Assembly: GCF_001194135.2 (NCBI RefSeq)
Contig: NC_068982.1
Coordinates: forward strand, 173,011,192 to 173,075,191
Length of the DNA: 64,000 nucleotides
Direction: 5' to 3'
From: Octopus bimaculoides
Taxonomy: Eukaryota
Shown here: in pieces, positions 52,080 through 64,000 of the stretch
Numbering within the stretch: the stretch's first letter is position 1
Layout: each line of letters starts with the position of its first letter
The notes under the pieces: model-generated
The model's input: the letters and a program-made list of their open reading frames with translations, nothing else
Told to the model about the DNA's origin: nothing
The model's database searches: none
Program-made: the position numbers and the translations under genes

Positions 52080-52477
52080 GTGAGGAAGAGTGGGCAATAA
52101 TACNNNNNNNNNNNNNNNNNNNNNNNNNNNNNNNNNNNNNNNNNNNNNNNNNNNNNNNNNNNNNNNNNNNNNNNNNNNNNNNNNNNNNNNNNNNNNNNNN
52201 NNNNNNNNNNNNNNNNNNNNNNNNNNNNNNNNTTGAAGACCAATTAAGATCTCATTTTTGGTGATAAAACTCTAAATTTCTCAGTGCATCACCCCTCCAC
52301 CTCTCTTCCTCCTCCCCCCTCTTAAATTTTTGTTGGAGGGGGTGGGCGTGGGGGTGGTTGATGCTTATCTTTGCTTAGAGGCATTTTTATTGTAAGGTTT
52401 CAAAGTGTATATGAATGCATGTATAAATGTCTAGCTTCTGTATCTGTCAATCATTTTCATAAAGCCAGTATCTTTCA

Positions 52478-52478
<1 letters not shown>

Positions 52479-52534
<56 letters not shown>

Positions 52535-52747
52535 GCGCACAGCCTGTCTTTCTTTCATGTTGTCAGTTTCAATCTCATTCTCCACATCAGTGTTATCACT
52601 TTCCATATCTCTCCCTCTCTCCCTCTCTCTCTGTGCTTATTTGAACCATTTTCACCCCTTCCTGCCTCTATCTCTGTTTCCAGCTCTGTCTGTTAGAAGC
52701 CTTTTCACCCCCTCCTGCCTCTCTCTCTCTCTCTGTGTCTTTCTGTC

Positions 52748-52780
<33 letters not shown>

Positions 52781-52824
52781 GTCTTTCTGTTTCTGTCTGT
52801 CTGTCTGTCTCTCTCTCTCTTTCA

Positions 52825-52901
<77 letters not shown>

Positions 52902-53235
52902 NNNNNNNNNNNNNNNNNNNNNNNNNNNNNNNNNNNNNNNNNNNNNNNNNNNNNNNNNNNNNNNNNNNNNNNNNNNNNNNNNNNNNNNNNNNNNNNNNNN
53001 NNNNNNNNNNNNNNNNNNNNNNNNNNNNNNNNNNNNNNNNNNNNNNNNNNNNNNNNNNNNNNNNNNNNNNNNNNNNNNNNNNNNNNNNNNNNNNNNNNNN
53101 NNNNNNNNNNNNNNNNNNNNNNNNNNNNNNNNNNNNNNNNNNNNNNNNNNNNNNNNNNNNNNNNNNNNNNNNNNNNNNNNNNNNNNNNNNNNNNNNNNNN
53201 NNNNNNNNNNNNNNNNNNNNNNNNNNNNNNNNNNN

Positions 53236-53314
<79 letters not shown>
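52479..53314. repeat. (CT)n/(CTGT)n polypyrimidine microsatellite region with a gap
   Basis: Long CT runs either side of N-gap 52902-53235. Confidence 0.9.
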
Positions 53315-53316
<2 letters not shown>

Positions 53317-53874
53317 GCCCGCTCGCTCTCTGTTAGAAGCCTTTTCACCCCCTCCTGCCTCTACTCTCTCGCATACATGCATCATCCTGCCAACTGCTGA
53401 CACAGCTGCATTGTGTTGCACACCCAGCAACTAGCATCAGTTGCACTATCAACCATTTGATTCACTGGCATGTGAACCTTGTGATGCTTACGTGACGTCA
53501 CCAAGGCCAGTCAGCATCTTCTACTTTGGGCTGCATGAGAGGGTTTTTCCAACGCTATGACAACAACAATATGCATTCGCTATGTTCATACACGTCAACA
53601 AGGGAGAGGCATAGTCAATTGAATATATCCCCAGCATATGACTGGTGGCTTCATTAACTGTTGATGTAAAATCCTCTTGGGCGTGATTTGCATTCCCAAA
53701 ATGCTGTAAGATGTTTATTTGATTTAGCACATGTGGCATTTATTATTATCAGTTTATTGTTGAATAACAGAATAACAGAATACTGGAATAACAATAGTTA
53801 TATAATTGTAATTGGTGGTGATGTATTAATGATTTATACCATAAGGTACGACAGTATGAATTGGTTGTGAGGAA

Positions 53875-53920
<46 letters not shown>

Positions 53921-53921
<1 letters not shown>

Positions 53922-54180
53922 AGGCATGGCTGTGTGGTAAGAAGCTTGCTTCCCAACCACATGGTTCTGGGTTCAGTCCCTCTGTGTGGCACCTTCGGTG
54001 AGTGTTCTCTAATATAACCTTGGACCGAACAAAGCCTTGTGAGTGGATTTGGTAGACAGAAACTGAAAGAAGCCCATCACACACACACACATAAATGTAT
54101 GTGTCTTTGTGTCTGTGATTGCTCCCCAACACTGCTTGACAACCAGTGTTGGTGTGTTTACATCCCCGTCACTTAGTGGT
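53921..54180 (+). mobile_element. SINE family A, 3'-truncated
   Basis: caggcatggctgtgtggtaagaagcttgcttcccaaccacatggttctgggttcagtccc... Confidence 0.8.
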
Positions 54181-54786
54181 TAGAGAATGTATTTTGTCTC
54201 CCATTTTACTGATTCTGCCAGTCAAATACCCTGTTGGTGGTGATTATATCTATTTCACCAACATTACTGAGATTGATTGTAATGAGGCAAAAGCCAGCCT
54301 TTGTGACGTGTGGTATAAAGAGTTTGTAGTTGATAGAATCTGCCTCAGTATGTTACAGGTACTTACAGAACTTGAAGAATACGTGCATATATGCTGTAGT
54401 GGCCAAAAGTTTGGAACATTTTTTAGAAAAATTAAACTTATGCACAATTTGATTCAAATATAACCATGAGCAGCTGTATATATGCACACATCTACACATT
54501 TAAACATATGTATTATTACGAATACTCAGTCAAGTTTATGTATAATGATGTACGCTTGGAAAACAGAAATATTAGGCGACCATTGGTTCTAGGCTGGGTC
54601 TCTATAGAATCTTCAATCTCTCAGTTGTCTGTCAAGAAGTAAGACAGCCTGACATGCCATCTCTCTGTCTCCAGGTTATTAGCTACATGTTAGAATTAGA
54701 TGTATGTGGAGGAGGAGAGGAGGCTCTGTTAAGTGAAATGGCTCAGGCCGGAATTGAACCTGCATTATAAAATCCCCTTTCACATG

Positions 54787-55142
54787 CTTATGGCTGTGTG
54801 GTTAGAAGCTTGCTTCCCAACCACATGGTTCTGGGTTCAGTCCCACCGTGTGACACCTTGGGCAAGTGTCTTTTACTGTAGTCCCATGCTGACCAAAGAC
54901 TTGTGAGTGGATTTGGTAGACGGAAACTGAAAGAAGCCTGTCGTGTGTGTGTGTGTGTCTTTGTGCCTCACCCTATCATTGCTTGATAACCGATGTTGGT
55001 GTTTTTATGCCCCTGTAACTTAGTAGTTCAGCAAAAGCGACCAATAGAATAAGTCCTGGGGCTGATTTCTTCAACTGAGAAAACTTTTAATAAGACAGTG
55101 CTCTGACATGACTGTAGTCAGATGGCTGAAACAAGTAAAAGA
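54787..55142 (+). mobile_element. SINE family A
   Basis: Head, CORE-like segment, (TG)n and tail to caagtaaaagaat. Confidence 0.8.
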
Positions 55143-55365
55143 ATATATATATATACATGGACATATATATATATATTTCATAGATGAGATCCAAATGTTT
55201 TCCACATAGAATACGGTTTGTAGTGCTCAAGCGATTCAAACTTGAGTAGATATAGAAGTAAATGCAAGGAAAACAAGTTAGACAGATCAATATATAAAGT
55301 ATATATAGTGATTTTAATATACTTTATATATTGATCTGTCTAAATTTCCTTACATTTACTACTAG

Positions 55366-55411
<46 letters not shown>

Positions 55412-55556
55412 TTATACACATTTATGTGTGTATTACTGATATTATTTTGTTCTATATATTCCTGTGTTGTGTATATATTTAGTAACAAGAAAAATATCTT
55501 GCATAGCTCTGCTGGTTCACATTTAATAATTGCTAGCTGCATTCTTTATTCTGTTC

Positions 55557-56110
55557 ACCACCACCACCACCACTGCCAGAGTCACCCTTCTTTGTTGGGT
55601 CTTCCTCACACCACCACCACCACCACCACCACTAATGATGGCTTATTTATGTAGATAGATAGATAGATAGATAGATAATCTCTGTTATTGCTGTTAACTT
55701 CAAGAAACACTACAGCGGCATGGAGGACAAACAACAGTACCATTAACAACAACAACAACATTAACAGCACTGTCAACAATATTGCTACCACCGCAACCAC
55801 CACCACCACCACCACTGAACCACAGCAGTAGCCAACAACACTACCACTGCTACTATCATTATTGACAGAAGTGACAATAGCACCAATCACAACTTTATCA
55901 CCACCACCATTACTACTGCTGCTGCTACTACTACTACTACTACTACTACTATAATCAATGCTGCTAACTCCTCCAGTTGGTGTTTCATTTGTTTGTAATT
56001 TAGTAATTATCTTTGTGATGGTGGTGGTGGTGGTGGTTGTGCTTGTGTCATTCTCAGGGTATAGTGGTATAATGTGTGTGGTTGAAGTTAATGGTGGTGG
56101 TGGTGGTGGC
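55557..56110. repeat. Trinucleotide mosaic (CAC, AAC, TAC, GGT) low-complexity region
   Basis: Interleaved short trinucleotide and GATA runs; explains ORF 55606-56112. Confidence 0.85.
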
Positions 56111-56789
56111 ATGTAATAGTTAGTAGTTTTGGAATGATTAGTGAATAGTTAGTGGTGTTGGTGAGTGAATGGTGTTTGGTGCTGGCTAATGCTAATGTTG
56201 GTGTGTGTGTGTGTGTGTGTGTGATAGTAGTATTTAGCAAGTATTTTGAAGTATGTGTGGTGGTGTTGCTTTTAGTGAGGGTAATTGTTAATTTGCCACT
56301 GGGCTGTCCAAAAAAGTTTAGCTTTTACCGCGGTGGCCTTGTTATTTGATTTCTAATGCTGGTATTGGTGTTACTAGTTGTTTACCTACCCATTTATATA
56401 CTTACCTATTTATACGCATTACTACCTAAAGTGGACCAACAGGGAGTGTCTATGGAAACACTCAGCCTGCTAGAAATAACAACCAAATTTCTCAAATTAC
56501 ACCCTATTATTACCTTTTTTTTTTTTGTTTCTTTTAGTAAAGGATATATTGTACTTACAGTCACTGACTGATACATAAAAGGATGGGATGGTTATGGCTG
56601 GACTGTCTTTGATCATCGATCTACTTGTTCAAAGTTGACATGGAGTTAACAGCAGTAACAGCTACCTGTGTGTGTGTGTGTGTGTTAGAAATATTAAATA
56701 AAGGCTTAGCCATGTGGTTACATCGTTATACTGAACTCTCATCGAATTCTTCCTACCTTGATACCACTGGCACTGTCTCACACTTTTTT

Positions 56790-57010
56790 TTGTGTATATG
56801 TTTGTGTGTCTGTGTTTGTCCCCCCCAACATCGCTTGACAATCGATGCTGGTGTGTTTACGTCCCCGTAACTTAGCGGTTTAGCAAAAGAACCTGTTAGA
56901 ATAAGTACTAGGCTTACAATGAATAAGTCCTGGGATCGATTTGCTCGACTAAAGCCGGTACTCCAGCATGGCCACAGTCAAATGACCGAAACAAATGAAA
57001 GAGTAAAAGT
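56790..57010 (+). mobile_element. SINE family A tail, well preserved
   Basis: tgtctgtgtttgtccccccaacatcgcttgacaatcgatgctgg...ccagcatggccacagtcaaatgaccgaaac. Confidence 0.8.
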
Positions 57011-57351
57011 GTTTTTTTAATGTTATGTCCTACAAGTTTATAAATTTATTTAGAAATGGTTATTTTGGGGAAAGTTACTACCAGCTCTTGTCTAGTCATT
57101 GAAGTTAGTAATACTGATTTTAAATTCTGGCTGAAGGCCAGCAATTTTTTTTTTTTTTTGGTGGGGGGAATAAATTGATTACATTGACCCCCAGGTGATC
57201 ACCTGGGAAATAAGTGCTGTAAGCAAACCTTTCACAAGGTTGTGTGCTGAAATAAATGTTAGTGTATGGGACAAAATTCTTAGTGGTATTTCTTTCATCG
57301 CTTTATGTTCTGAGTTCAAATGCTGCCAAGGTCAGCTTTGCTTTCAATTCT

Positions 57352-57389
<38 letters not shown>

Positions 57390-57730
57390 ATGTCCATGCT
57401 GGCATGGGTTGCATCGTTTGACTGGAAGGCTGTGCCAGGCTCCAGTCTGATTTGGCATAGTTTTCTAAGGCTGGATGTCCTTTCTAATGCCAACTACTCC
57501 AAGAATGTAATGGGTGCCATTTGTGTGACACTGGTATCTGCCACAACTGTGATTTTGCTTGGCTTGATGGGTCTCTTTTCAAGCACTACATAATGCCAAA
57601 GGTCTTGGTCATTGCCTCCATGAGGCCCAACACTCGAAAGGAACTTGGCCACTTTTCTTCTGTGAGGCCCAACGCTTGAAAGGAACTCACCTGCCTCACC
57701 TCCGTAAGGCCCAACACTTGAAAGGTACTC
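57352..57730 (-). mobile_element. Longer family C copy with an internal 42-bp tandem repeat
   Basis: (CAT)n tail on plus, ccatgctggcatgggttg, ggctggatgtcctttctaatgcc, and three (g/a)aggcccaac units at 57622, 57664 and 57706. Confidence 0.7.
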
Positions 57731-58342
57731 AGTATCAATAAAATAAAGTACTAGTTGAGTACTGGCTCAATATATTCAAGTAATCCCCTCTTGTTAAAAG
57801 CTGTTGGCTTTGTGCCAAAATTTGGAAAAAATTATTGATNNNNNNNNNNAGATAAATGAGGAATGTTGTATTGAATGCCATCCAGAGAAATTTTGTGATT
57901 TGAAATTTTTCACTTAGTTTAAGAAAAAAAAAAATGCATAGCACTGTTTGTGATTTACTAAAATGGAAGATAATTTCAAGAAATGAAGACCTTATCTCTC
58001 AAAGTTAATTTACTTTAGGGCAGAGCTTTGCCTTCATTTTTAGGCAAGGGACAATTATGGACATGTTTCAATCTATCAAACTTCATCTGTACTGGTTTTC
58101 ATTGTTCATCTATCTTCCAATCTATGCAGATGTCTCTGAACAGTAAATATTGTGCATCTTCTATTCTATATGTGCAAGTCCATTTCGTGGGTGGTGTACT
58201 TGATTGAATACTGGCACATATACACCAGTGGCGTTTATTTATCAGTTACCAGATTGAAGAGATAGCAACAAAGCCAGCCTTGGCAGCATTTCACTTCCTC
58301 CTCATATACTTACATATATATCAAAGTTTAAAATATGCTTGG

Positions 58343-58740
58343 CCTGTATGGCTTTGTGGTTAAGAAGCTTGCTTTACAAACATGTGGTCTTGGGTTCAGT
58401 CCCACTGTGTGACACAGAGAGAAAATGTCTTATACAACCCTGGGTCAAGCAAAGCCTTGTTAGTTTAGATTTGGAAGATGGAAATTGAAAGAAACCTGTA
58501 GTGTGTGTGATTGTGTATACCCTTGTCTAGACATCATGTAATGGTTGTAAATTATCTTCATTGTCATACAAGTGAGGTTGTTTTGTTTCTAGTCTTCCAT
58601 GAAAAACATATCTAGCCTTGCTTGGAAACAGGTGGAGGCTGGCAACAAGAAGGGCATTCAGCTGTAGATAATCTGCCTCAGCAAATTCCATTTGGTTCAT
58701 GCAAGTACAAAAGAGTGGATTGTAAATGGAGATGATGATA
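58343..58740 (+). mobile_element. SINE family D, near full length
   Basis: Family-A head (ggcctgtatggctttgtggttaagaagcttgc...gggttcagtcccac), then ...cttggaaacaggtggaggctggcaacaagaagggcattcagctgtag...catgcaagt...gatgatgat. Confidence 0.75.
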
Positions 58741-59247
58741 CAACATGTAACATCTTTGTCACTTTGATTTCCAGAATTGTGGGTTATGTTCCCTTCAGAC
58801 TGTTATTATATCCTTTCACATTATGTATTTAAATTCTACTCAGATCAGTTTTGTATTTCATCCTTCTGTTGGTCAGTAGCATAATTACAGGGGTAGTACT
58901 TTGGTGCACTGTTATCAACTGACACCTAACCATCTCCAAAATGTGTGGCCTTGTATCTTCCCTCTTCATTCTAAGGTGTGCATTCAATTTACGCTTGATA
59001 TCATCTCTTTTCTTTATATTTTCTTAATTTTATTTCATTATTCTTTTAGACATAATCAATCATCATTGTATTTTAATTCCATTTTGTTGTTATTTTATTC
59101 TTGTTCTTTTATCATCTTCCAATTCTTTTCTCTCTTCTGATTAATTTTCACTCACCACTTTTTTCTCTACCGAAAATTTCTCCACGCTTCACTGTTAATT
59201 TTTTTTCTCTCTCTCTTTCTCTTTGCAGCTTTGAGGACTCTAACAGT

Positions 59248-59448
59248 ATGGAGCCGGTGTCGAACCACTATCCGTCGGTGGAATCACGGCAGCTCTCGGC
59301 AAACTCTGCTGAGGCCATAAAAAGTCGCAAGAACAAAGAAGACAAATACTGCGGAGTCTGTGGGGACCGAGCTCTTGGTTACAACTTTGATGCCATCTCC
59401 TGTGAATCATGCAAGGCTTTCTTCCGGAGAAATGCCCCAAAGGGCTTG
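59248..59448 (+). CDS. Hr96: NR1J-group (HR96/DAF-12/NHR-8-like) nuclear receptor, first coding exon: short A/B region plus zinc finger 1 (exon starts at 59229)
   Basis: Translates MEPVSNHYPSVESRQLSANSAEAIKSRKNKEDKYCGVCGDRALGYNFDAISCESCKAFFRRNAPKGL, a C4 finger with P-box CESCKA typical of NR1J. Polypyrimidine tract and AG acceptor at 59227-59228, ATG in aacagtATGg context, GT donor at 59449 (phase 0). Paralogue identity within NR1J is uncertain. Confidence 0.93.
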
Positions 59449-62089
59449 GTAACTATCTCCATTCTTATATTTGAAACTATATCTATTGCTGTGTGTGTCA
59501 TATGTTCTTCCCTCTGAGTCTATTGCCTGAATTCACAACAAAATGGCTGTATTTGAACTCAAGACCTTTGGGGTTGTTAGTCCAGTTGTCATATACACCT
59601 GAATATTTCACTCATTGTAAAATTTGAGCTCGTTATTGCAAGTTAGCATAGTATTCATCAATTAAATATACAGTGTTGTTGCTAAAAGTTGAACCAGTTA
59701 GTAGACAGACTGGGGCAAGCAGAATTGTAATAGTAGTTAGCATACAAGCACATAAACATTTAGAATTCTCCCATTCCATATTCATTGTAGTGTTCCTCTT
59801 ATCACTGGCAGTCTTATAAATTGCGTGACTTTAGTTGTTGAGGTTTTTGTGTGGTGTCTAAGTAGATACTCCGATTCAATAGATGCATGGCACATGGCTT
59901 GCTGGTTGAATCTTTAGCTGCCACCTACATATTCTAGCATCATTAACATCATTAGCCTCATGATCACCATAAGAGCCAGCACACCATACAGTAGATGGGA
60001 TACAGCAAACTCGTGCTAACAATGTTAGCACAGTAAGCTACAAGCTGATGGTATGAAATGTCAATAGTGATGCATGTGTTTCAGTTGTTGTTTAACTCAT
60101 TGTCTCAGATGTAACTTATGATATCAAGTGTTCCAGTTAAGACCATCCTGCCATTCTTGATCAATGTATCTACACTATCCAGTATATCCTCTTTCTTTTT
60201 AAATTGTCAAGTGCCTTATGTGAGATTTAACTGCTATTTGCTGCAGAATTAGTGTCCATGTGGAGACTCCCTCATTGGTGAATTTCATTTGGCCTGAACA
60301 AATGATGTACCAAGCTTGGTTAAGTGGGAAATAAATATCTCTTGCAGTTGGTGTTCTACTGAGTCTGTGATCCCAAGACACTGAAACTCTTGCTGGCCTG
60401 GTTCATTTCACTGTTCATTGGTGTAGGCATGAAAAGCTGGTAATAAATAAGGGGTTTTGTTAGCTTACAGTCATGCGTTGATGCCCTCTCTAAAGATTCA
60501 CTGTGTTTTCTAGTGAAACCTACCCAAGTTCAGTCATCCCCACCTGCATTCAACAGAATGAGGTTAAAACAGAAACTGTAACTTAGAAGGTTTATGGGGG
60601 TCACAGCTTAGCATTAAGTAGGTGAAAGATATATCACCTCATCTTGTACAGAATGCCAGTCTGTCTCCTGTAGCATTCCCAGACAATACTAAATGTACTA
60701 GGACAGTGTTGTTGTTGTAGTGGTAGTAACAGTAGCAGCATACATAAAATGGTGAGGAATGTGAGTTGTCTGTAGTGGAATTGAAGGTTGTCCAATATCC
60801 AATCCATTTTGCTGGTGTGCCCCCTACATTATAAATTTTAAGAAGAAGAAAGGTGAATGTAAACACTGTTTACATAAGCATTCAAGAATACATTCCCAGT
60901 TGCACGTACAAATCAACCAATTCTTGCTCAGTAACACACAGTTTTATATACATATCACATTGCTTCAATCACATTATACCTCTTTTGAATAGACTGGATT
61001 GATAGGTCATTGCCGTCTGGGTCACTCTTGTAATGTGTAGACATGCTGCCAGTACCATTGTCTTTGTTCATTGTTTACTTTGAAGACACAAATGTCATCA
61101 GTGCCTGTTGGCCAGTCCACATATGGACGGTGCTTGGTGGTGGGTAGCAGTAAATAAACAAACACAAATTATCGTTAAAATAAATTGATTAACCTTAGTT
61201 GACAAATAAGTTGGTTATTGAGCATTCTGGCATGTTATGTTGTTACATAACTTAGAAGTTTGGCTGAAAGTAGTGGGAAAGAATGCATTTCTTGAATTGT
61301 TTGCATACTGGTGCTTGTTGTTGTTGTTGTTGTTGTTGTTTAGTCTCAGGTTGGCTCAGACCCGAGCAGACTTAGGACAAAATGCAATCCTGCTAAAAAC
61401 CATCACCAGTTCCATTTTTTAAACTCCTGCTTAACATATCTAGAAATACACTGGCCAATGTTTTCTTCTTTTTTTAAGATGGCAGGCTTTGTTTTGTGAG
61501 AAATTTGGCTGTTTTTTCTAACAGATTGACTAAATGCTTTGCAGATCATGGAATCTCATTGGGGGTTATTGTTGCTGTTTAACCCCAGGCTGGTTCTGAC
61601 AAAGCAAGACTTATACTTTAAAACATTTCAAAATGTAACATTATTTTTTTTTTCATGAGGCATACTTTCTCTTGGACTATACAGTCCAGTGTGTCCTTCC
61701 TTTTATTTATCAATGACATGACACTGTGATCTGGGGGATAATTAACTACTCTTACCGTCATTTTAAGCAATCACAGAAAGACTCCTGTTGTCAAGGAGTA
61801 ACAGTCTGAAAACCAAGGTAGTTGAGTGAACTCATTATTAGACATCGAACCACAGCAAAGATCCGTATGCGGTCAGTGTCATTGTATTGGTATGTGTGTG
61901 TCTGCTTGTATCCTTTTAGGGTCACTATGAAGATGTATGTTTGTATCCTGTTTGGCAGCGCTGTAGTGGAATGTGAAATCTGTTGACTTGTAGTGCTAAA
62001 TTCAATACTTTTTGGAAACACTTCTTAGAAAATCTTTCTCTCTCTCTCAGTATTTATGTCATTTCTTGTTTTAATTTTATTCTCCCCAG

Positions 62090-62256
62090 GATTATTTCAA
62101 ATGCCCTTACGAAGAAAAATGCAAAATGGATGTGTCCAATCGGCGATTTTGTAAAAAATGCCGGCTACGAAAATGTTTTGAAATAGGAATGAGAAAAGAA
62201 TATATTCTTACAGAAGAAGAAAAAATGCGGAAAAGACAAAGAATTGAGGAAAATAG
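62090..62256 (+). CDS. Hr96: NR1J-group nuclear receptor, second coding exon: zinc finger 2 plus T/A-box extension
   Basis: Acceptor ttctccccAG (62088-62089). Phase-0 frame reads DYFKCPYEEKCKMDVSNRRFCKKCRLRKCFEIGMRKEYILTEEEKMRKRQRIEEN(R) and joins in frame to ...APKGL. Donor GTACGT at 62257 (phase 2). Not in the ORF track because it has no start codon in this frame. Confidence 0.93.
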
Positions 62257-62696
62257 GTACGTACGTCCATAGCATTGTTCACGCTTGGCTCTTACTCCTG
62301 TATCATCATCATCATCATCATTGTCGTTTTTATATCCAAAACACAAGTTAGTTTTTAAAATGTTTTGTGGCAGAATCAGGAGTGAGGGGATAGAGAACAA
62401 ACTATTTGCAGGCCACTACAGTAAATGTAACAACATATCAATTTATCTTCAGCTTTCAACAGAGAGAACTCCACTAATGGAGGCTATGAGCCAGACAGTG
62501 GTAGGATTTAACTGGGTGACAGCTTAGAGTTTGCAACATGGATATCTTTGTTGTATCCTTTCTCCTGTTCTGCATTTATCATCTCACCTGTGCGAGGTCC
62601 ATATTCTTAATGTCCAAACCAAATAGTTGACAGTTAATGCCTGCTCATCTTCCTGACTAATGATAATTCAACCTGCAATGACTGGGGTCTCACTTT

Positions 62697-62934
62697 GGAT
62701 AATTGTCCCCTGGGTAATTTCCCTAATGAAGAGAAAGCACAACAGTGGTGTGCAATTAAATTCTTATATAACTAATTAGGGCTTAGTTTCATACATACAC
62801 TTGATACATAGAATGACAAATAAAACTTATAAAAAACAAACTAATTAAGTATAATAGTATTTATTTGCACTTTCGTGGTTGTGCTTTCTGTTAATTCTCC
62901 CTTAATTGGCCAAATGTCTCAGTGACAATTATCC
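62697..62934. mobile_element. Fold-back MITE-like element in the intron after the second coding exon
   Basis: Nested inverted pairs GGATAATTGTC/GACAATTATCC, AGAAAGCACAAC/GTTGTGCTTTCT and GTGCAA/TTGCAC. Confidence 0.55.
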
Positions 62935-63207
62935 AGGGGTAATTATCTGCTGGTTGTTTTCCTTGTTCCCCTTAGTTGGGGTGCTTCTGTTCATTTGTTC
63001 TAAATGACAGGAGTTTCCATGTAGTTGATCTCTGATATTTTTCTCTGTTAGCTTGCAGTATTTTACATTCAAAGCTGAAATCCATCCTCAGTTGACCTTA
63101 CTTTTTTCCTTGTTGAGGATGGTTCATAATTTGTAGCCTAATATATTGTCAGTATCTTGTATGATTTAAACTATAGCTCATGCACAATGCATAACATGCA
63201 TTATTTT

Positions 63208-63428
63208 AGGGCGACAAGCTGGCAGAGTCATTAGCATGCCAGGCAAAATGCTTTGCCGTATTTCGTCTGCTGCTACTTTCTGAGTTCAAATTCTGCCAAG
63301 ATCAACTTTGCCTTTCATCCTTCGGGGGGTTGATAAATTAAGTACCAGTGAAATAGTGGGGTCGATGCAATCAACTAGCCCCCTCCCTCAAAATTACAGG
63401 CTTTGTGTCTATAGTAGAAAGGATTATT
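63208..63428 (+). mobile_element. SINE family B
   Basis: gggcgacaagctggcagag...ctgagttcaaattctgcc...ttgcctttcatccttc...agaaaggattatt. Confidence 0.85.
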
Positions 63429-64000
63429 TTAAGACCCTAGTCCATGATATCTTACTTACCTTCATCTTTTCAATGTTTTGTAAAAGATGTAAAGTATGTC
63501 CTGTCTATGAGGTCAGCTATTCTGTTTAGGTGCAGCTACTGTTATCACTCCTACCATTACCACAGCCTACACCAAAAGAATTCCATTGTATCTCATTTGA
63601 ACAGCATTTTGCGACATTTAGCTCCAGCTGACATGCTTTGTTTTTCCAGATGTCACTTCTGTTGCTACTACAACAATCCCTATTCAACCACTACACTCAC
63701 TACTTAGTGCCTCTCCTTTTCTTGTCATCCCTACAGTGTCTCACCCACAGTAGATCTCATGCTAATGCTTCACCTCTTCCTAAAATCGCAACACACTAAA
63801 ATTACTCTCTCTCTACGCCACCCCATAAATGTTGACCTACAGAAATTTCAAATTTGGAGGATGACTGTGAAAGTATCCAAAGCTATGGATACTGCTCCAA
63901 TGTTTTGGTTTAATCAATAAAAGTTTTCTTTCTTTTCCTTTTTCCTTTCTTTCAGTACTAGATATTGCTATGTTACCATGCATAGGTTTTATGATGATGA

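Noticed and set aside
52684-53362. Identical 34-bp segment on both sides of a gap
   Set aside because: Likely an assembly overlap or duplicate around the (CT)n gap; cannot be called biological without long reads.
55606-56112. 168-aa minus-strand ORF with poly-P/T/S/V
   Set aside because: Product of trinucleotide microsatellites; no domain and no splice support.
59101-59517. ORF-track 138-aa ORF as a single-exon gene
   Set aside because: Only 59229-59448 is exon; the flanks are the polypyrimidine tract and intron read-through.
63635-63707. Acceptor ttttttccAG at about 63648 as the next receptor exon
   Set aside because: The phase-2 frame hits a stop at 63705-63707 with no convincing donor before it.
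63930-64000. Possible third coding exon starting at 63956
   Set aside because: Good pyrimidine tract and an open phase-2 frame (STRYCYVTMHRFYDD), but no resemblance to a receptor hinge and it is truncated by the window end; undecided.

Overview
AT-rich, microsatellite-dense animal genomic DNA with 11 N-gaps. The repeat landscape suggests a cephalopod such as Octopus (inference; no database was available). The only protein-coding gene I can support is a plus-strand nuclear receptor of the NR1J (HR96/DAF-12/NHR-8) group. Two spliced exons (59229-59448 and 62090-62256) encode its complete two-zinc-finger DNA-binding domain with a CESCKA P-box; the hinge and ligand-binding exons lie beyond the window or are unrecognised. 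The rest is probably upstream or intronic sequence of this gene, with a CpG-retaining candidate promoter zone at about 7.5-12.5 kb. It is filled with tRNA-derived SINEs, which I label A-E (F is an unclassified repeat), fossil RTE LINEs, three R4/Dong-type fragments sitting in (AAT)n tracts, Penelope-like remnants and MITE-like elements. The most unusual items are: a 555-bp palindromic insertion (49486-50040, 14-bp target-site duplication) whose arms each combine a tRNA-like Pol III head with a hammerhead-ribozyme-like motif; a near-complete minimal hammerhead at 13058-13097; retroelements that repeatedly stack in (AAT)n microsatellites; and a candidate 49-nt 5'UTR exon that would place a 4-codon uORF ahead of the receptor. 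Almost all ORFs in the supplied track are microsatellite, gap or SINE artefacts. Repeat boundaries are approximate (+/-10-20 nt) unless a target-site duplication (TSD) is given.
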